From the NCBI GenBank assembly GCA_043228905.1, contig JBHGNT010000003.1, positions 18,104,001 to 18,168,000 on the forward strand: DNA of 64,000 nt, given 5' to 3'. The stretch comes from Azolla caroliniana (taxonomy: Eukaryota > Plantae > Polypodiophyta). Of the stretch, positions 1 through 12,619 are shown piece by piece; position 1 is the first letter of the stretch; each line of letters begins with the position of its first letter. The position numbers and the translations under genes were made by a program. Under the pieces are notes generated by a model that saw nothing but the letters and a program-made list of their open reading frames with translations, was not told the origin of the DNA and did no database searches.

Positions 1-57
1 ACTCGTAGCCCCATCATCCGTGCTCCATCACAGTCCACGTTTAGTGTGTTCGCGACA
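1..57. mobile_element. Terminus of an LTR retrotransposon inserted into the gag of the adjacent Copia (runs off window)
   Basis: Minus-strand gag homology (..SEWK) stops abruptly at 58. The sequence then reads TGTCGCGAA.. on the minus strand (CGCGACA on plus, ending at 57), resembling the inferred TGTCGCGGA terminus of the Gypsy LTR at 25629. Confidence 0.45.
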
Positions 58-1018
58 TTTCCACTCTGACCCCAATACCCATGTGTGTATTTCACTCATG
101 TCTGTGGGCTCGTACAGGTCTCTGACTATCAGAAGATCTTCCATCTTGATCTTCCAATTTGCGAAGTTGTCTAAGTTCAGGACTATCATTCCTAGAAAAC
201 TACTCAAACCTCCTTCCATCTTCCACCTCAAAGCTCTGATACCAGTCTGTTGAGTTTAGGACCGTAGGTTTACGGGAAAGATGGACTGAAAAATACAAAA
301 CAGAAAACAAAATACACAATACACAATACACACTCACGTTTACGTGGAAACCCTACAACAGGGAAAACCACGGGGCAACAGATTTTCACTATACAAGAGG
401 GAAAACAGATTACAAAACACTGCAGAACAAAGGGTTCCCGCGCTTAGGGTTTTGATGGCAAGTATCACTACTATGTCTTCCTTCCACTCTCACTCTTGTC
501 TCCTTCCTACTCTCTCTTTATATCCACTATCTGTCTGCTCTACTCTAGTTATTCGGCTCGCTGGTTGACACAACTGTCCGACCCACAGGTCGACAGTCTA
601 GTCGACTCCTGTGTTGCCTATCCAGTCGGTCCAACTAGCAAACTCTGTCTTCGACCATTAGGTCAGCCTGACTAGTTGGCCTATTCTTTCACTTGGATCA
701 TTCGTCCAGTACAGTCGACTACTTTGTCTGCTCTACTCTAGTTATTCGGCTGGCTGGTTGACACAACTATTCGACCCACAAGTCGATAGTCTAGTCGACT
801 TCTATGTTGCCTATCCAGTCGGTCCAACTAGCAAACTCTGTCTTCGACCATCAGGTAAGCCCGACTAGTTGGCCTATTCTTTCACTTGGATCATTCGTCC
901 AATACAGTCGACTACCACGTCGACTCGTCAGACGATTCAGCTAACTAATTAGATTTCGACTATCGATTCTCCCAATCGATAGCCGACTTCTTCTGTAAGG
1001 AGGGACACACTCCTAACA
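58..1018 (-). mobile_element. Ty1/Copia (Tork-like) 5' fragment: LTR 248-1018, tRNA-iMet PBS 233-244, gag start 219-58
   Basis: TGTT..AACA termini. PBS TGGTATCAGAGC lies 3 nt from the LTR end. Gag MEGG..GMIVLN..NFANWKIKMEDLLIVRDLYEP matches the elements at 14613 and 31311. The LTR start TGTTAGGAGTGTGTCCCTC resembles the LTR at 13919. Confidence 0.85.
532..915. repeat. Tandem duplication (2 x ~193 bp) inside the LTR
   Basis: Unit starting TGTCTGCTCTACTCTAGTTATTCGGCT at 532 and 725. Confidence 0.9.
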
Positions 1019-1440
1019 CTTTGTTGGTTATAGAAGGGTATGGAAATGAGATTCAGATCGTGCAACTATGCTCTGATACCATGTAAGTGAAGTTAGAACA
1101 AGGTAGAACAATGTAGATATTTTGGAACAATGTAGAACAAGGTATATCTTATATTAAGACAAACAAATGTATTACAATATAAGAATATTTTGGAACAATG
1201 TAGAACAAGGTATATCTTATATTAAGACAAACAAATGTATTACAATATAAGAATCTACCGTAACAACTCAAATGTAGTACTACTATAAGAACTGAAACAT
1301 AGTACCACACCCACTAAACTAAACAATACTTCACAGATATATACATAGAAGTAACGGGTAGTTGTTACTTCTTTGTAACTGTTATTTTGACTTTTCTTAA
1401 TGTTCTTGTGTAATTGTTAGTCTTAATCCTCATAAGCAAT
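1019..1440 (-). mobile_element. Older LTR retrotransposon remnant (LTR 3' end at 1082, PBS 1070-1081); far boundary approximate
   Basis: The minus strand reads ..CTTACA|TGGTATCAGAGC, with the PBS directly abutting CA. The adjacent Tork-like element inserted about 50 bp downstream of this PBS. Confidence 0.6.
1117..1252. repeat. Perfect tandem duplication 2 x 68 bp
   Basis: ATATTTTGGAACAATGTAG...CAATATAAGA at 1117 and 1185. Confidence 0.95.
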
Positions 1441-1986
1441 GTTTTATCATTTTGTGGTGTCAGCTATGGCAATTATGTGTACAAATGTGTCCATTTGGTT
1501 GCTATGAATGTAGAGATATTAAATGTAATGTAGTTCACATTAACTCGGAGGGGATCAAGTTCTGAATTTCGAATCTATGCTTAGACATTATACTTTAGTT
1601 TGGATACAAATGTTAAATTAATCGTCAATAACTGTTCCAAAAAATGAAAATGAATTTATCAGGGGTCTACAAATTAATTATTAATGTTTTTTTTTGCTAT
1701 ATTTACTGATTCATAGTAACTAATTGACTAACATATCACAGTTAATTAAGGAGAGCAATTTGTATCGATAAAATATAGTGGCAAATGTCATGCGAAGTAA
1801 CTATACGATTCATTACTGTATGTATAACAACAATGAGATTGAGCTACAATGGCATAGTGAATTTGGCAATTGATTTGTATTATATCATACTGAGATTATC
1901 TTCTTGATCATTCATGATCGTAATCATCATCATCCTTATTTATAAATTACAGTAAAGTCGGGCTTGAATTAATTGCATATAATATA

Positions 1987-4377
1987 TTATATACTGTCTA
2001 ATTCTAACAATAATAAGATTGTGTTGATTATTATTGCACATTTGATGATCAACTTCCTCTTCTCATTATAATCATCCTCCATCTTGATTATGTGCTGATC
2101 CTCGCTATCGTTATAATTGTAAGACCTTATCGTGAATGCTGTGCTATAATTATAATCACGATTCTTATTATCATTGTTGGTGTTGTACTTAATGTTGTTG
2201 GCATCGGATCCACATATAAGATAGCCATAATTTACCATTGGAGCTCCATAAGTATATGAAAACATGGTGGTCTTAATTGGTCGTTGCCCGATAAGATGGG
2301 CCGTTGATGGTGAAATGGTCCGATTGGTGATTATCATTACACCAATGAGTTTGTAATGTAGTTCTGATGCTGCTGATGACGATGATGGCTTATCAGACAT
2401 ATGTTGATTCATATCATCATGATTTGCCACAATTATATCTTCTTCTTCTTCTTCTTCTTCATTATGATTTGCCACAAATATATCTTCTTCATCATCATGA
2501 TTTGCCACAATTATATATGCTTCTTCATCAGCATGATTTGCCACAATTATATCTTCTTCTTTATCATCACGATTTGCCACAATTATGTCTTCTTCTTCTT
2601 CTAGGTCATGATTTGCCACAATTATATCTTCTTCTTCTTCGTCATGATTTGCCACAATTATAGCTTCTTCTTCATCAGCATGATTTGTCACAATTATATC
2701 TTCTTCATCATCATCATGATTTGCCACAATCATTTCTTCTTCTTCTTCATCATCATGATTTGCCACAATTATATCTTCTTCTTCATCAGCATGATTTGCC
2801 ACAATTATATCTTCTTCTTTATCATCACGATTTGCCACAATTATATCTTCTTCTTCATCATCATTATCATCACCATCAGCGTGAACCTCATGAATATTAT
2901 TATTATCATCATCATCATCATCAATATGAATGTCTTGCTGAATATCATCATCACTTAAATCAATGTCTTGAGTATCATCATCATGAACAGTATGAATGTC
3001 TCGATGAGTGTCATGATAAATTTGAATGCTTTCACCAATATCCTCCTCCTCATCAATGTCTTGATTATCATCAAGATGATCGATATGAATATCATAATCA
3101 ATTTGAATGTTTTCATCAATGTTTTCTGTGTCAACATCATGATCAATATGAATGCCTTGATGAATATCATCATCGATTTGAATGTTTCCAGTAATATCCT
3201 CATCACTACATTGATTAACAATATCATCATCAATTTCTAGCTCACCATGCTCAAGGTATGTGGAGGAGTAAATTGTCGGCCTTGCAGAAGTATAAGTATG
3301 ATGATTGCCGAGCAATTGTGGACGAAGTGTGAGGCGACCATCCTTGCGGTCAGCGTGGAAGTGTAGCAGGTGTCTTTTAGCAGCAACAGAAGCAGCACAA
3401 GTGCAGGGATCAACATGTAGTACCTCTTGCAGAATGAGCCGACGGCCTCCGGACTCATCATCACTATATGAGCGCCGGAATAGTGGCAGCCTTTCACATG
3501 ATAATGATGGCTTACAGTTACTAGTGCTACTATTGTGAGCTACATTAAATGCATTCTCATCATCATCATCATTACCAAATGATGGAAATTTCGTTCCATT
3601 GATGTCTGCAGAATTAACCAATGCAGTCATGTGCTGCATGGACACTAATGGAGGAGGAAAGATTTTCTTTGGATTATTATGATGAGTAATATCATTGTTA
3701 GCACTAACCATGTTTCTGCTATTATTATGATCATAATTAGTGTTTGCAGTCATCAAGTCATTGCTAATCATGTTAAGGTTAGGTGCTGACCTGACAGACA
3801 CCATGGTATAATTAGTAGGTGAATTCTTAACTAAATCATTAAAATGGCTAGATTGAAGATGAATGTGATGATCATGATGTGAGTGTGGTGATGAGGATGC
3901 ATTCAATTTCTGATGAGGATGCTCAATGCACGAAGATCCGCCGCACGATTCGGAGCCGAGCTCCTCGGTGCAGTGCTGGAGCTTCATCTGCTGGATCTTC
4001 AGCCGCTTCTGGTACGCGCTCTCTCTCACCGATTCTTTGGCGCACGAGATACCGAAGATTCCAGCGCGCTCACTCGTGCCCACTAGAGAAGGGCTAGACA
4101 TGCTCTTTGTCATCATCAAATAATGGCTATTATGATTCTGATTATGATTCTGATTCTGATTATGATTATGATTCTGATTATGATTATGATTATGATTATG
4201 ATTCAAGCTAAGAAGATTAAGCTTGCTAGCAATATTCCCACCATCATTATTTTCTAATTTACTGTAATTGGTATTGTTCAAGACTAGAGGCTCAAAGCAA
4301 CTTGTATAATTGTTAATATAAGGCAATGGCTCATGGTGATCATCATGATGTGAGGTGCTCTTCATCATCATCATCAT
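1987..4377 (-). CDS. FANTASTIC FOUR (FAF)-like protein with long acidic repeat region (~796 aa from first ATG, apparently intronless)
   Basis: Motifs LQHCTEELGSES, KIFPPPLVSM, RRSYSDD..GRRLILQEV and HFHADRKDGRLTLR match the FAF family pattern (CTEsLGSE; FPPPL..GRLvL.EV..F.AeR.dGRL.L). The ORF track start at 4401 is TTG; the first ATG is at 4377. Confidence 0.75.
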   Translation of the reverse strand: MMMMMKSTSHHDDHHEPLPYINNYTSCFEPLVLNNTNYSKLENNDGGNIASKLNLLSLNHNHNHNHNQNHNHNQNQNHNQNHNSHYLMMTKSMSSPSLVGTSERAGIFGISCAKESVRESAYQKRLKIQQMKLQHCTEELGSESCGGSSCIEHPHQKLNASSSPHSHHDHHIHLQSSHFNDLVKNSPTNYTMVSVRSAPNLNMISNDLMTANTNYDHNNSRNMVSANNDITHHNNPKKIFPPPLVSMQHMTALVNSADINGTKFPSFGNDDDDENAFNVAHNSSTSNCKPSLSCERLPLFRRSYSDDESGGRRLILQEVLHVDPCTCAASVAAKRHLLHFHADRKDGRLTLRPQLLGNHHTYTSARPTIYSSTYLEHGELEIDDDIVNQCSDEDITGNIQIDDDIHQGIHIDHDVDTENIDENIQIDYDIHIDHLDDNQDIDEEEDIGESIQIYHDTHRDIHTVHDDDTQDIDLSDDDIQQDIHIDDDDDDNNNIHEVHADGDDNDDEEEDIIVANRDDKEEDIIVANHADEEEDIIVANHDDEEEEEMIVANHDDDEEDIIVTNHADEEEAIIVANHDEEEEDIIVANHDLEEEEDIIVANRDDKEEDIIVANHADEEAYIIVANHDDEEDIFVANHNEEEEEEEDIIVANHDDMNQHMSDKPSSSSAASELHYKLIGVMIITNRTISPSTAHLIGQRPIKTTMFSYTYGAPMVNYGYLICGSDANNIKYNTNNDNKNRDYNYSTAFTIRSYNYNDSEDQHIIKMEDDYNEKRKLIIKCAIIINTILLLLELDSI
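2413..2856 (-). repeat. Coding minisatellite, 12 copies of a variable-length (multiple-of-3) unit encoding (E/D)n-DIIVANH
   Basis: Plus-strand unit GATTTGCCACAATTATATC(TTC)n; 12 IIVAN-type motifs counted in the translation. Confidence 0.95.
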
Positions 4378-7300
4378 AATCACTACCACCAGGAAGATCA
4401 ATCGCCTGCAATTTGTTAAGCAAATGATCTTCTGTCTAATCAGTAGCCAGAGAGTGCAATTAGTTTGATGCCCTAAAGATAGCTATTGGATTATTATAAG
4501 TTATGAGAAAGATAAGTAAGAGTTAAATGAATGAATGAATGATGTTCTGACTGGCTAGTTAGTTACTCCATATATATATATATATGGAGCGCATTATTAA
4601 TAATTTATTTTTATTGCTATTATGTGATCGATGGCTTAAAAGAAATAAAAAAGCAAACCAGCTTTTTTCTTTAAAAAGCAGAAGAAACAAATAAAGCCCT
4701 TTGATTTGTTTTCATTTTTTCAATTCATAGTATTAAAATTATATGCATATACAGTACATACATACTAGGACTTCTTATTTTATCTACTCATTTATTTACT
4801 TTATGATTATTCTTATTAGTATTACAAGTTTAAAACAATGAAATTATTATACTTAAAAAGCATACAACTATAAGCCAACATACTAGCCAATGCTACTATT
4901 AATAACAAATGGGGTTTCACACCACTCGTGATGGTCATGATGATAATAGAGGGATAGTTTGTGCAACCAATGATATTTCGACAAATTCAGTAGGATTATG
5001 ATATTCGAATACATATGTACATTGGCCCCAACATTCATTCATTAGTAACGTATTGCTAGGCATCATTGTATCCAAACATATGCAAAGCATTGTCACTAGA
5101 GTAAATTGAACATGTAAAAACAACATTGTCAAGGTTAACTTGGAAGATTGAGACCAATTTCGTTGAGTTATTGCAAATAATTATTTCAAGCTGGCATATC
5201 AATTAACTTTCGATTTGACCAAATTAGTTAATCTTCATACGTTTTAAAATAGAGAAACCCTCCTTCATACCTTATTTAATGCAATCCCTTGGAGGGTGTT
5301 TGACATTTTCACTCGCGAAAAAAAGAAAAAAACCTGCCTAAGTGTGTGATCATGTCATACATAAAGAATTATAGAATTTGAAGCATTTTCAATTCGTCGC
5401 GATCATATGCATTGGCGAACATTTTTACGCTTGAAGACAACAATGTTGACCATCTTCTTGAAAAATAAAACGAGGGAAATGTTACGTGATCATACAAAAT
5501 TTACAAAACTAAACATGTGAAAAAGAAATATGGTTTGTGCAAAGACATCGAAGTAAGTAAGAGAGGAAATTGATTCTGCCATTCTTGGGCTCCTTGGTGG
5601 ACATGTTTTCCTGAGGGGAGTTGTGTTTATGTCAACTAGCCTCACAACAACTCGTAAGGCCATTTACTGTGCCATAAATTCCTTAGTATTGTTGTAGAGA
5701 CAACAAGGGTTTTTTTTGTAATTTCGTGGTGTTTTAATATATACACTACCTTTACATTTATCTTAATTCAAGCACATAGTCACAAAAACAAACAAAATGC
5801 CTTATGCTATATGTATTACTTTAGTGTTTTTTAATGCATGAACTTGCATTCAAACAAAATCCCCATCGTTATGTATGTACGTATGTATGAATTTATTTAC
5901 TTGCCCTTACACAATTGATTAATTTTACATGAAAAACTGCATGTTATCATGTTATGACATCTCTACTTTTTCAAAAGATCATTGATTGAATGTGATTGAT
6001 TGATAGATTCCCAATTAGGCAATGGTGCACAATGCACATCCCACTAATGAAATGGTCATGGTGGTGGATTCAACATTGGTATACAACAACAATAATAACG
6101 TTATTCATACCAATAGTAGTCATGTAGATAGTGGTATGGGCCCGGTATGGAAATCCCATCAAGGTTTGAGTTTCATACAAAGTCTACCATAGAGAGAGGA
6201 TTATTGATATTACTCTCTTCTCTAATAAGGCCAACATTATGGGAGAACTGATTAGGTCACTAGCACTTTTATTTTCAAGACTTCAGCTTTTAGCTATAGA
6301 AATTTAAGCTTTTTTAGAAAGAAACCCCGCGGAAAAAGATATCTTACTATGTCAATTAAGAAAATCTAAGTTTATGATTTGTTTAAGAAAAAATGTGTTG
6401 TGCAAATATTGACCAAAGGATTGCAATTTGTTTATGTGGTCACATCTATAATTTTGAAGTGGTTGTGCCCATTAAAAGGATTGTCCAGTATGGTGGCATT
6501 CAAAGGCACTTCCTTCACTTTGGCTCTTAAAAATGGACAATATGTTTCTAGTTCTGAACTCCAAACCTCCATTTGCTAATATTATTGCAAGACAAGCTCT
6601 TAAATTTGAATATGACCATTTGATCTAGTTATTACGCATAAAAGTCTTCCTTCCTTTTGTCACTTGTTATTTTCTTTCATCTATTGCTATGCAAACCTTC
6701 CCAAATCCTTTCTTGAGGTAAGTACCATGAATGATGGAACGCCTCATTTGAAAACTTGAAATTAACCTAGTTGACCCTCGTATGATATCTTTGTGATCCA
6801 CTAAAGAGCAATTGTCATGATGGTCATGTTAAAGGCCTTTCTCATCATCCTTATGGATGGAGAAAATGGTCGTTATGTTTGTATGTAAAAGAGAACATTG
6901 ATGTTCATGTGTGAACCAATCTAAGATTGGCTCATATGGAGTTCTGTCTCATTGTTGATTAAATGTACACGGTTTCCATCATTTTGCATTCATCAAATTG
7001 TTATGAAGCAAGTCAATATAGAATGCATGTCATATTTCAAATGATAACTTTTCGACGATCTAGAAGTGACATCTCGATACTTTTGACCTTAATACATTAA
7101 TTAATATAGAGCGCTCAAAATCAAGGATAAATAAGGTTAGGTAGTTTGGTAATCTATCAATTCTAGAAAGAGAAACAACACTTGTTTATAAGACAAGAAA
7201 ATGAGGAATCACTTGTCGGAGACATGTTTGGACAAAGTATGTTTCATCAACCCCTTAACTACAGAATGCACATAAGACTTGTAGGATTGTTAAGAACATA

Positions 7301-10282
7301 TGTAAAAACGCAATGTATTGCACTATTGTTTTCTATGCATTATTCTTGTGATTTTTCTTTACTTTTTCTTTACTATTTTAGACTAATCAAGGTTACTACC
7401 AATAAAACTTACAAAATTGAAAAGCTTGATGTCAATGTTACCATATGACAATGCATCAAAATTGAATGGGATTATGTAATCTATGCCAATGTTAGGCATT
7501 GAGAATAGTGAAGCCACAACTAAACATCGTTCAATTTGTATGCCCATCTTGTGACTTGTCCCTAGCCTAAGCTATACCAGTTTGTAAAATAGACTCAATA
7601 GATAAAAAGTGAAAGAGGTCCATCCTAAACATAATTTAAGGTAGTAAATGAGGAAAGTCGGGCATTCCTCAAAAAGCTAACCTGTTTTCACTTCACTTTC
7701 CCGAAATAAAAACACTTGTTTTCACATATTTTCTCTTTGCATGGAAATAGGTTTGTGAATGTATGGAGGATGTTGGTTTGATTTAGCTTTAGGTACTACT
7801 CACATGCAAATGTATCAACACACAAATACATAAACACAACTAGAAGTAGATTGCATATCTACATTGGAAAATGCATACAAAGCACACAACTATGTATGCA
7901 TATGCATATATGTGTAATGTATCCATACGTGACTTCCACGTATTATTGTAAAAGTGATCAATCTTTTTTTGTTTGTGTGTGCCTACACACAAAAACACAC
8001 AAAAAGACCTTCATGTCCCTATCTTATATCCATTCTTTGAAGGATTTCACCTTATTGAGGTTTTCTACATGCAATATAATGTATAATCTTTTGAAATGTG
8101 TGTACACGTGCATGTGGATTTCCCTATATGCACATGCACATGCATATGGATACACAAACACTAATAAGTATATGCCACCCTTTTACACTACCTAGATTCT
8201 ATCTTTTTCCATGTCAACCCACTTACAGAACCATGTATTAGTTACTGTTTTTCACCCCGCCCCTATTTTGTTTGTTTGTTGAGTTGCTCCTTTTTTGTCG
8301 CATGTATCCTCATTGTCGTTAAAAAGACATATGCACACAAAGAGCCTTTACACACGCTCTCCACCCATTAGGCTTGAGGAGTCTACTACCCTCAAGATTC
8401 TCTCGAACAATTCCTGATTTTGGTCTACGTTAAGAATATTTTGGTCACTTGATCCAACATATTAGGCTTTCGATTTCCTTTCACTACATGGCAATATAAT
8501 GTTCACTAAAGGTGCTTGATAAGTATATTTCTCTTTCACAATATTCTAAAGGTCGTAAATCCTTACACTCCTAGTCAACACACTTTTAAAACCTTCCTTT
8601 TTATTATTCTTGGAGCATATTTGTAACTAACCACTTAATTTTATGGATGAAAAGATCAACACATATAAAGTGACATCTTATCAACCATTCCCTGATGGAA
8701 ATATGCCCTTCTAAAAGTCTTAATTTGTGAATGTTGACATATTATGCTTGCTTTGTCATATGATATTACTCTAAGAGACATGACAATTTATATCAATTGA
8801 CCCTCTTCAAAATCCTCCCCATAAATCATAGCAATTTGTTATCTTTGTATTTTATTCCTCAATAGTAATCTAAATAGATGATGCAATTTGGCCATCCTAT
8901 GTCTACAATTCCTCTCACGATTTGCTCCAAAAATTCCATAAGTTTTGGATAAGTTGATAGGAAAAAACAATAATGAGTCAAAGCATATAGGTTAATGATT
9001 CCAATCCACATAAGGCATGAGACGAATGTCAACATCCTCTATACATTCATATATGTAAAGATTAATGCAAATTTGATTTGAACCTAGGTTTACCGTGATT
9101 GTATGGTCAAATGTAAAGAAGAAGATATTTTCAGTCCGATGTCTTTATTCACAAAACAGGTTGGATGGTTGAATTCCATAAGGAACTTTATAAGACGAAA
9201 TGATTGTTGATGTACCAAAATTGATTCTTTGTTTTGCACTTTTATTGCGACTGTGAATTTTTTGTGTATTGTGGCAAATACAATATTCTTTTCTTGAATC
9301 ATAATAACTTGATACGATGTATCCGGTCCTAAATTAATCGAAGATGGACACACAACAAAATAATTATTAGTATTTCTTTCATTCTATATTACTTTGTGGG
9401 TATTGGTTTTGCAAATCACAAGTAATATTATGTGGATAGAGTGCTAGGTTTTTTATGGACATAAAACAAATATTCTAAATTCGAACCACTAACAAAGTGT
9501 CATTACGTATACGTGAAAAGACAAGGAAAATGAGGGTATACTCAAGTGATGTAAATTCTTATTGAATGAAGCATATTACATGCTAACTGGCGTGGTGTAA
9601 GTAATGCCTTTATACTGTTAATATATAAGAGACTTTTGATGTCCCCATCAACGTAATTGAATAACAATGTTGTTCTTTGACATAGATTTTTTGTTTGAGA
9701 TTATGCATGCTACTAGGTAACTTGATCAAAATCATTTTATGTTTACATCTTGAATCCAACCACGCTATTGTTTACTCCTTTAAAATGGCTTTAAAAATTG
9801 ATAGCCAAAGGTGGAACGCAATGGTGTCGCTTTATAGAGGTGATTTTAACGATCAAAAGGATATTGGACCATTTCATACTTATGCTAGCAAAGGTTAAGG
9901 TTCAACACTCAAATGAGTACTATAATGGTAGAGGTTCTACTTTACACTTTTGATTTAAAGTTTACTCTCCTAGGGCTAACATACCGGACATTTATCTATG
10001 GTAGACGGAATCCATGTCTGCTATTAGAGTCACCAAGAAGGATAATAAAAAGGAATCTATTTAAAAACATTTTGATTAAGTCAATACACCTAAGATTCGA
10101 AGTTCATCAATTGAAACTGTATAAAAGAACGAATGATCCACCTCCAAAATTAAGAAGAATTGTAGTTTCTAAATCTTACCAATCAAGAATACCCCGGCCA
10201 TATTCCAAGGACTGTATAGGTCTATGCTTCATAAGTTCATTGTACAACTATCAAGTTAAAGAAGTAAAAGACAAAAATAAGA

Positions 10283-10797
10283 TGGTCCAACATTTTAGTG
10301 AATTAAAATGATAAATATTTTTTGTTATAGTAAGTCAAACACACTAGTACTATTGACTTGTTCATAGTTAGTTGAGGTCCATGGTTCGGGTATCATAGTT
10401 TCAAAATTTTTTAAGCTTCATTGCCGATAACCAAAGAACCTCAAGACATTTAAATCAAGGTTTACAACACTTTTTCATCATAGTTAGTTAAGGTCTATGG
10501 TTTGGGTATCATAGTTTCAAACTTTAAGCTTCATGTAGCTAGCGAAAGAGCCTCAAGAAATTTAAATCAAGGTTTACTGCATATCAAATTACAAAAAAGC
10601 TTGAATCATCTCAAAAATGTAGACCAAAAGTTCCAAACTTCATTGCACAAAAAGACATTCAACAATGGAGCTTAAAATGTGAACCTACGTTACTCAAACC
10701 ATATACCTTAAATAGATTTGAACGATTCAATAGTTCCTAATGTGTTTGACTTGGTAGAACAATAAATACTTATAAGTTCTTTAAATGTAGAATACTA
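10283..10797. mobile_element. Degenerate foldback/MITE-like element with long imperfect inverted arms and an internal ~116-bp tandem duplication
   Basis: 10316-10403 (..AAGTCAAACACACTAGTACTATTGA..) aligns with the reverse complement of 10680-10768 (..TCAATAGTTCCTAATGTGTTTGACTT..). Direct repeat units start at 10363 and 10479. Confidence 0.6.
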
Positions 10798-12009
10798 TCA
10801 TTCTACACACCGACATTTCGTTACTATGTTTAAACATGGGGCTGCATTTGTTCCTTGCGTGTGGCTAGCTCGTGGTCACACGTTCCCAACTATGTCTTTA
10901 TGCCCCACTAAGTGGAGGAATATTTGAATATCCGTCACATTCAACTCTAATGCTAGGAAAACCTTAGTATTATAAGGCTCTTTTGGTCTTTCGGCCTCTT
11001 CTTCAAAAGCGCTCCTACCCCCCCCCCCCCCCCTCCCTCTCCTCAATCATTACTAATGAGGCAATGTTTCGCATTGCCCCCTCTTCTTATAGCATTCAAA
11101 CATAAACAAAGATTTATAAAAGAAAAAGTATCCATTGAAAAATGGTGTATATGCACTTTCTGCAAATGGACGTCACATTCTATAATCCGACACATATATT
11201 TAAGTGAACAAAATAGATTGATGCACTTTCCAAACTTTCCCTTCACACTTTTTATTAAATAACAACTCCGCCTATCTAGTCTTAATTATTCTCGCATTGA
11301 CATGGCCTGCCCTTATCGCCAAAATAATAGCCTTTCTTTAAGGGAGGAAGTGTTATGAACATTTGCCTTTATAAGACCTCATTTTTCAAACCCATACAAG
11401 TAGAAACTTTTTTCTTAGTGGGAAAACTCGATGTGAAGTGAAAGCCCAAAAAGAATATTTACAACATGTCACTAGAAAGATTAAGAAAATACGGTATCAA
11501 TATCCTGACCAATGCCATGGGGAGACAAAAAACATAAAAGGGTATGTCAGAGGGAAAACCTAAATATTTTATATGGATAAGGAGATCACCTAGAATTCAA
11601 ATGATTACAATTAGTCCATAAAGGCTAGAATTTGAACCCAACATAATATATGATTAGGAGCTAGAATCTCGTGGTTTGAAAAGCTAAGAGCCAAAAGAAC
11701 TTAAAAACTTTATGCGTAAGGACCCATAATTGTGGACGATAGGTAGCTTGCTACAAGAAAAGTTGTCTATGATCACAAGCTGCTATCCACACTCAATTAA
11801 AAGCTTACATCTAGCAAAACAAATCCACGTGTAACTCAAGTCACTTACAATGAAAACAACACATTCCTTTGTAACATGCAAGGGCATCAACTTGAGTGTA
11901 CTAGCACAATTATCTGCACCGCCCTCATCATGGATGTGAAGACCATCTGTTGCCACTCTTTCATGATATCCTCTTTTGAGTATTATTTATTCCACGGAAA
12001 CTCCTACCT

Positions 12010-12180
12010 CGAGAAATCATGGTTCAAAGAAACCTTGGCTCAAGGAACTCTTGGCTCCAAGAAATCCTTGGCTTGAGTAAAACCTTGACTTGAGAAAACC
12101 ATTGGCTCGATGAAAGGCCTGACTCAAGTAAAGTCCTTACTTGATGAACACCCTTGTTTGAGGAAAGGCCTAGCTTGAGA
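12010..12180. repeat. Degenerate ~17-bp tandem array (AAACCTTGGCTCAAG-like)
   Basis: Recurring AA(A/T)CCTTG(G/A)CT(C/T)(A/G)AG units. Confidence 0.55.
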
Positions 12181-12411
12181 AAAACAATTTCCTTTTTGTC
12201 GACATTGTTGCAAAAATATGTTCATACTTCTAAAAAATGCCGAGACCACAAAGACTTGAACCAAAGAGGATGGGATTTCTCTAAGTCATCGACACATAAG
12301 AATTCTCGAAAGATTTTACCTTCAACACCCCATTTCTTTCGAGGAATTTAATTGATTTGTTTTAGTATTCTCTGGTAAGTGTAGTGTGTGACATTGTGTG
12401 TGTGGGTACAC

Positions 12412-12453
<42 letters not shown>

Positions 12454-12619
12454 TCTGTATATTGATAGGTGTGTGTGTGTGTGTGTATGAATTATACATG
12501 TATGTGTATGTAGGAACATCTGTATGAAAGTATATATGCGAGTACACTTGTGTATGTACTATAAATGCTTAAGTGTAGTGCACATTTATTTTTATTTTTA
12601 CTTTCTTTTCCTTATGTTC

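Noticed and set aside
2367-3240. Plus-strand hydrophobic ORFs (MICHNYIFFF.., HHDLPQLYLL..)
   Set aside because: Antisense shadows of the FAF-like coding repeat.
6200-7100. Possible ancient Copia traces (ILTKGL, ANLPKSF)
   Set aside because: The motifs are too short and out of order to support a call.
8300-10310. Possible decayed DNA-transposase region and short ORFs
   Set aside because: No convincing motif could be read in any frame.
12395-12490. (CA)n/(TG)n inverted pair as a miRNA-like hairpin
   Set aside because: Simple-sequence complementarity only.
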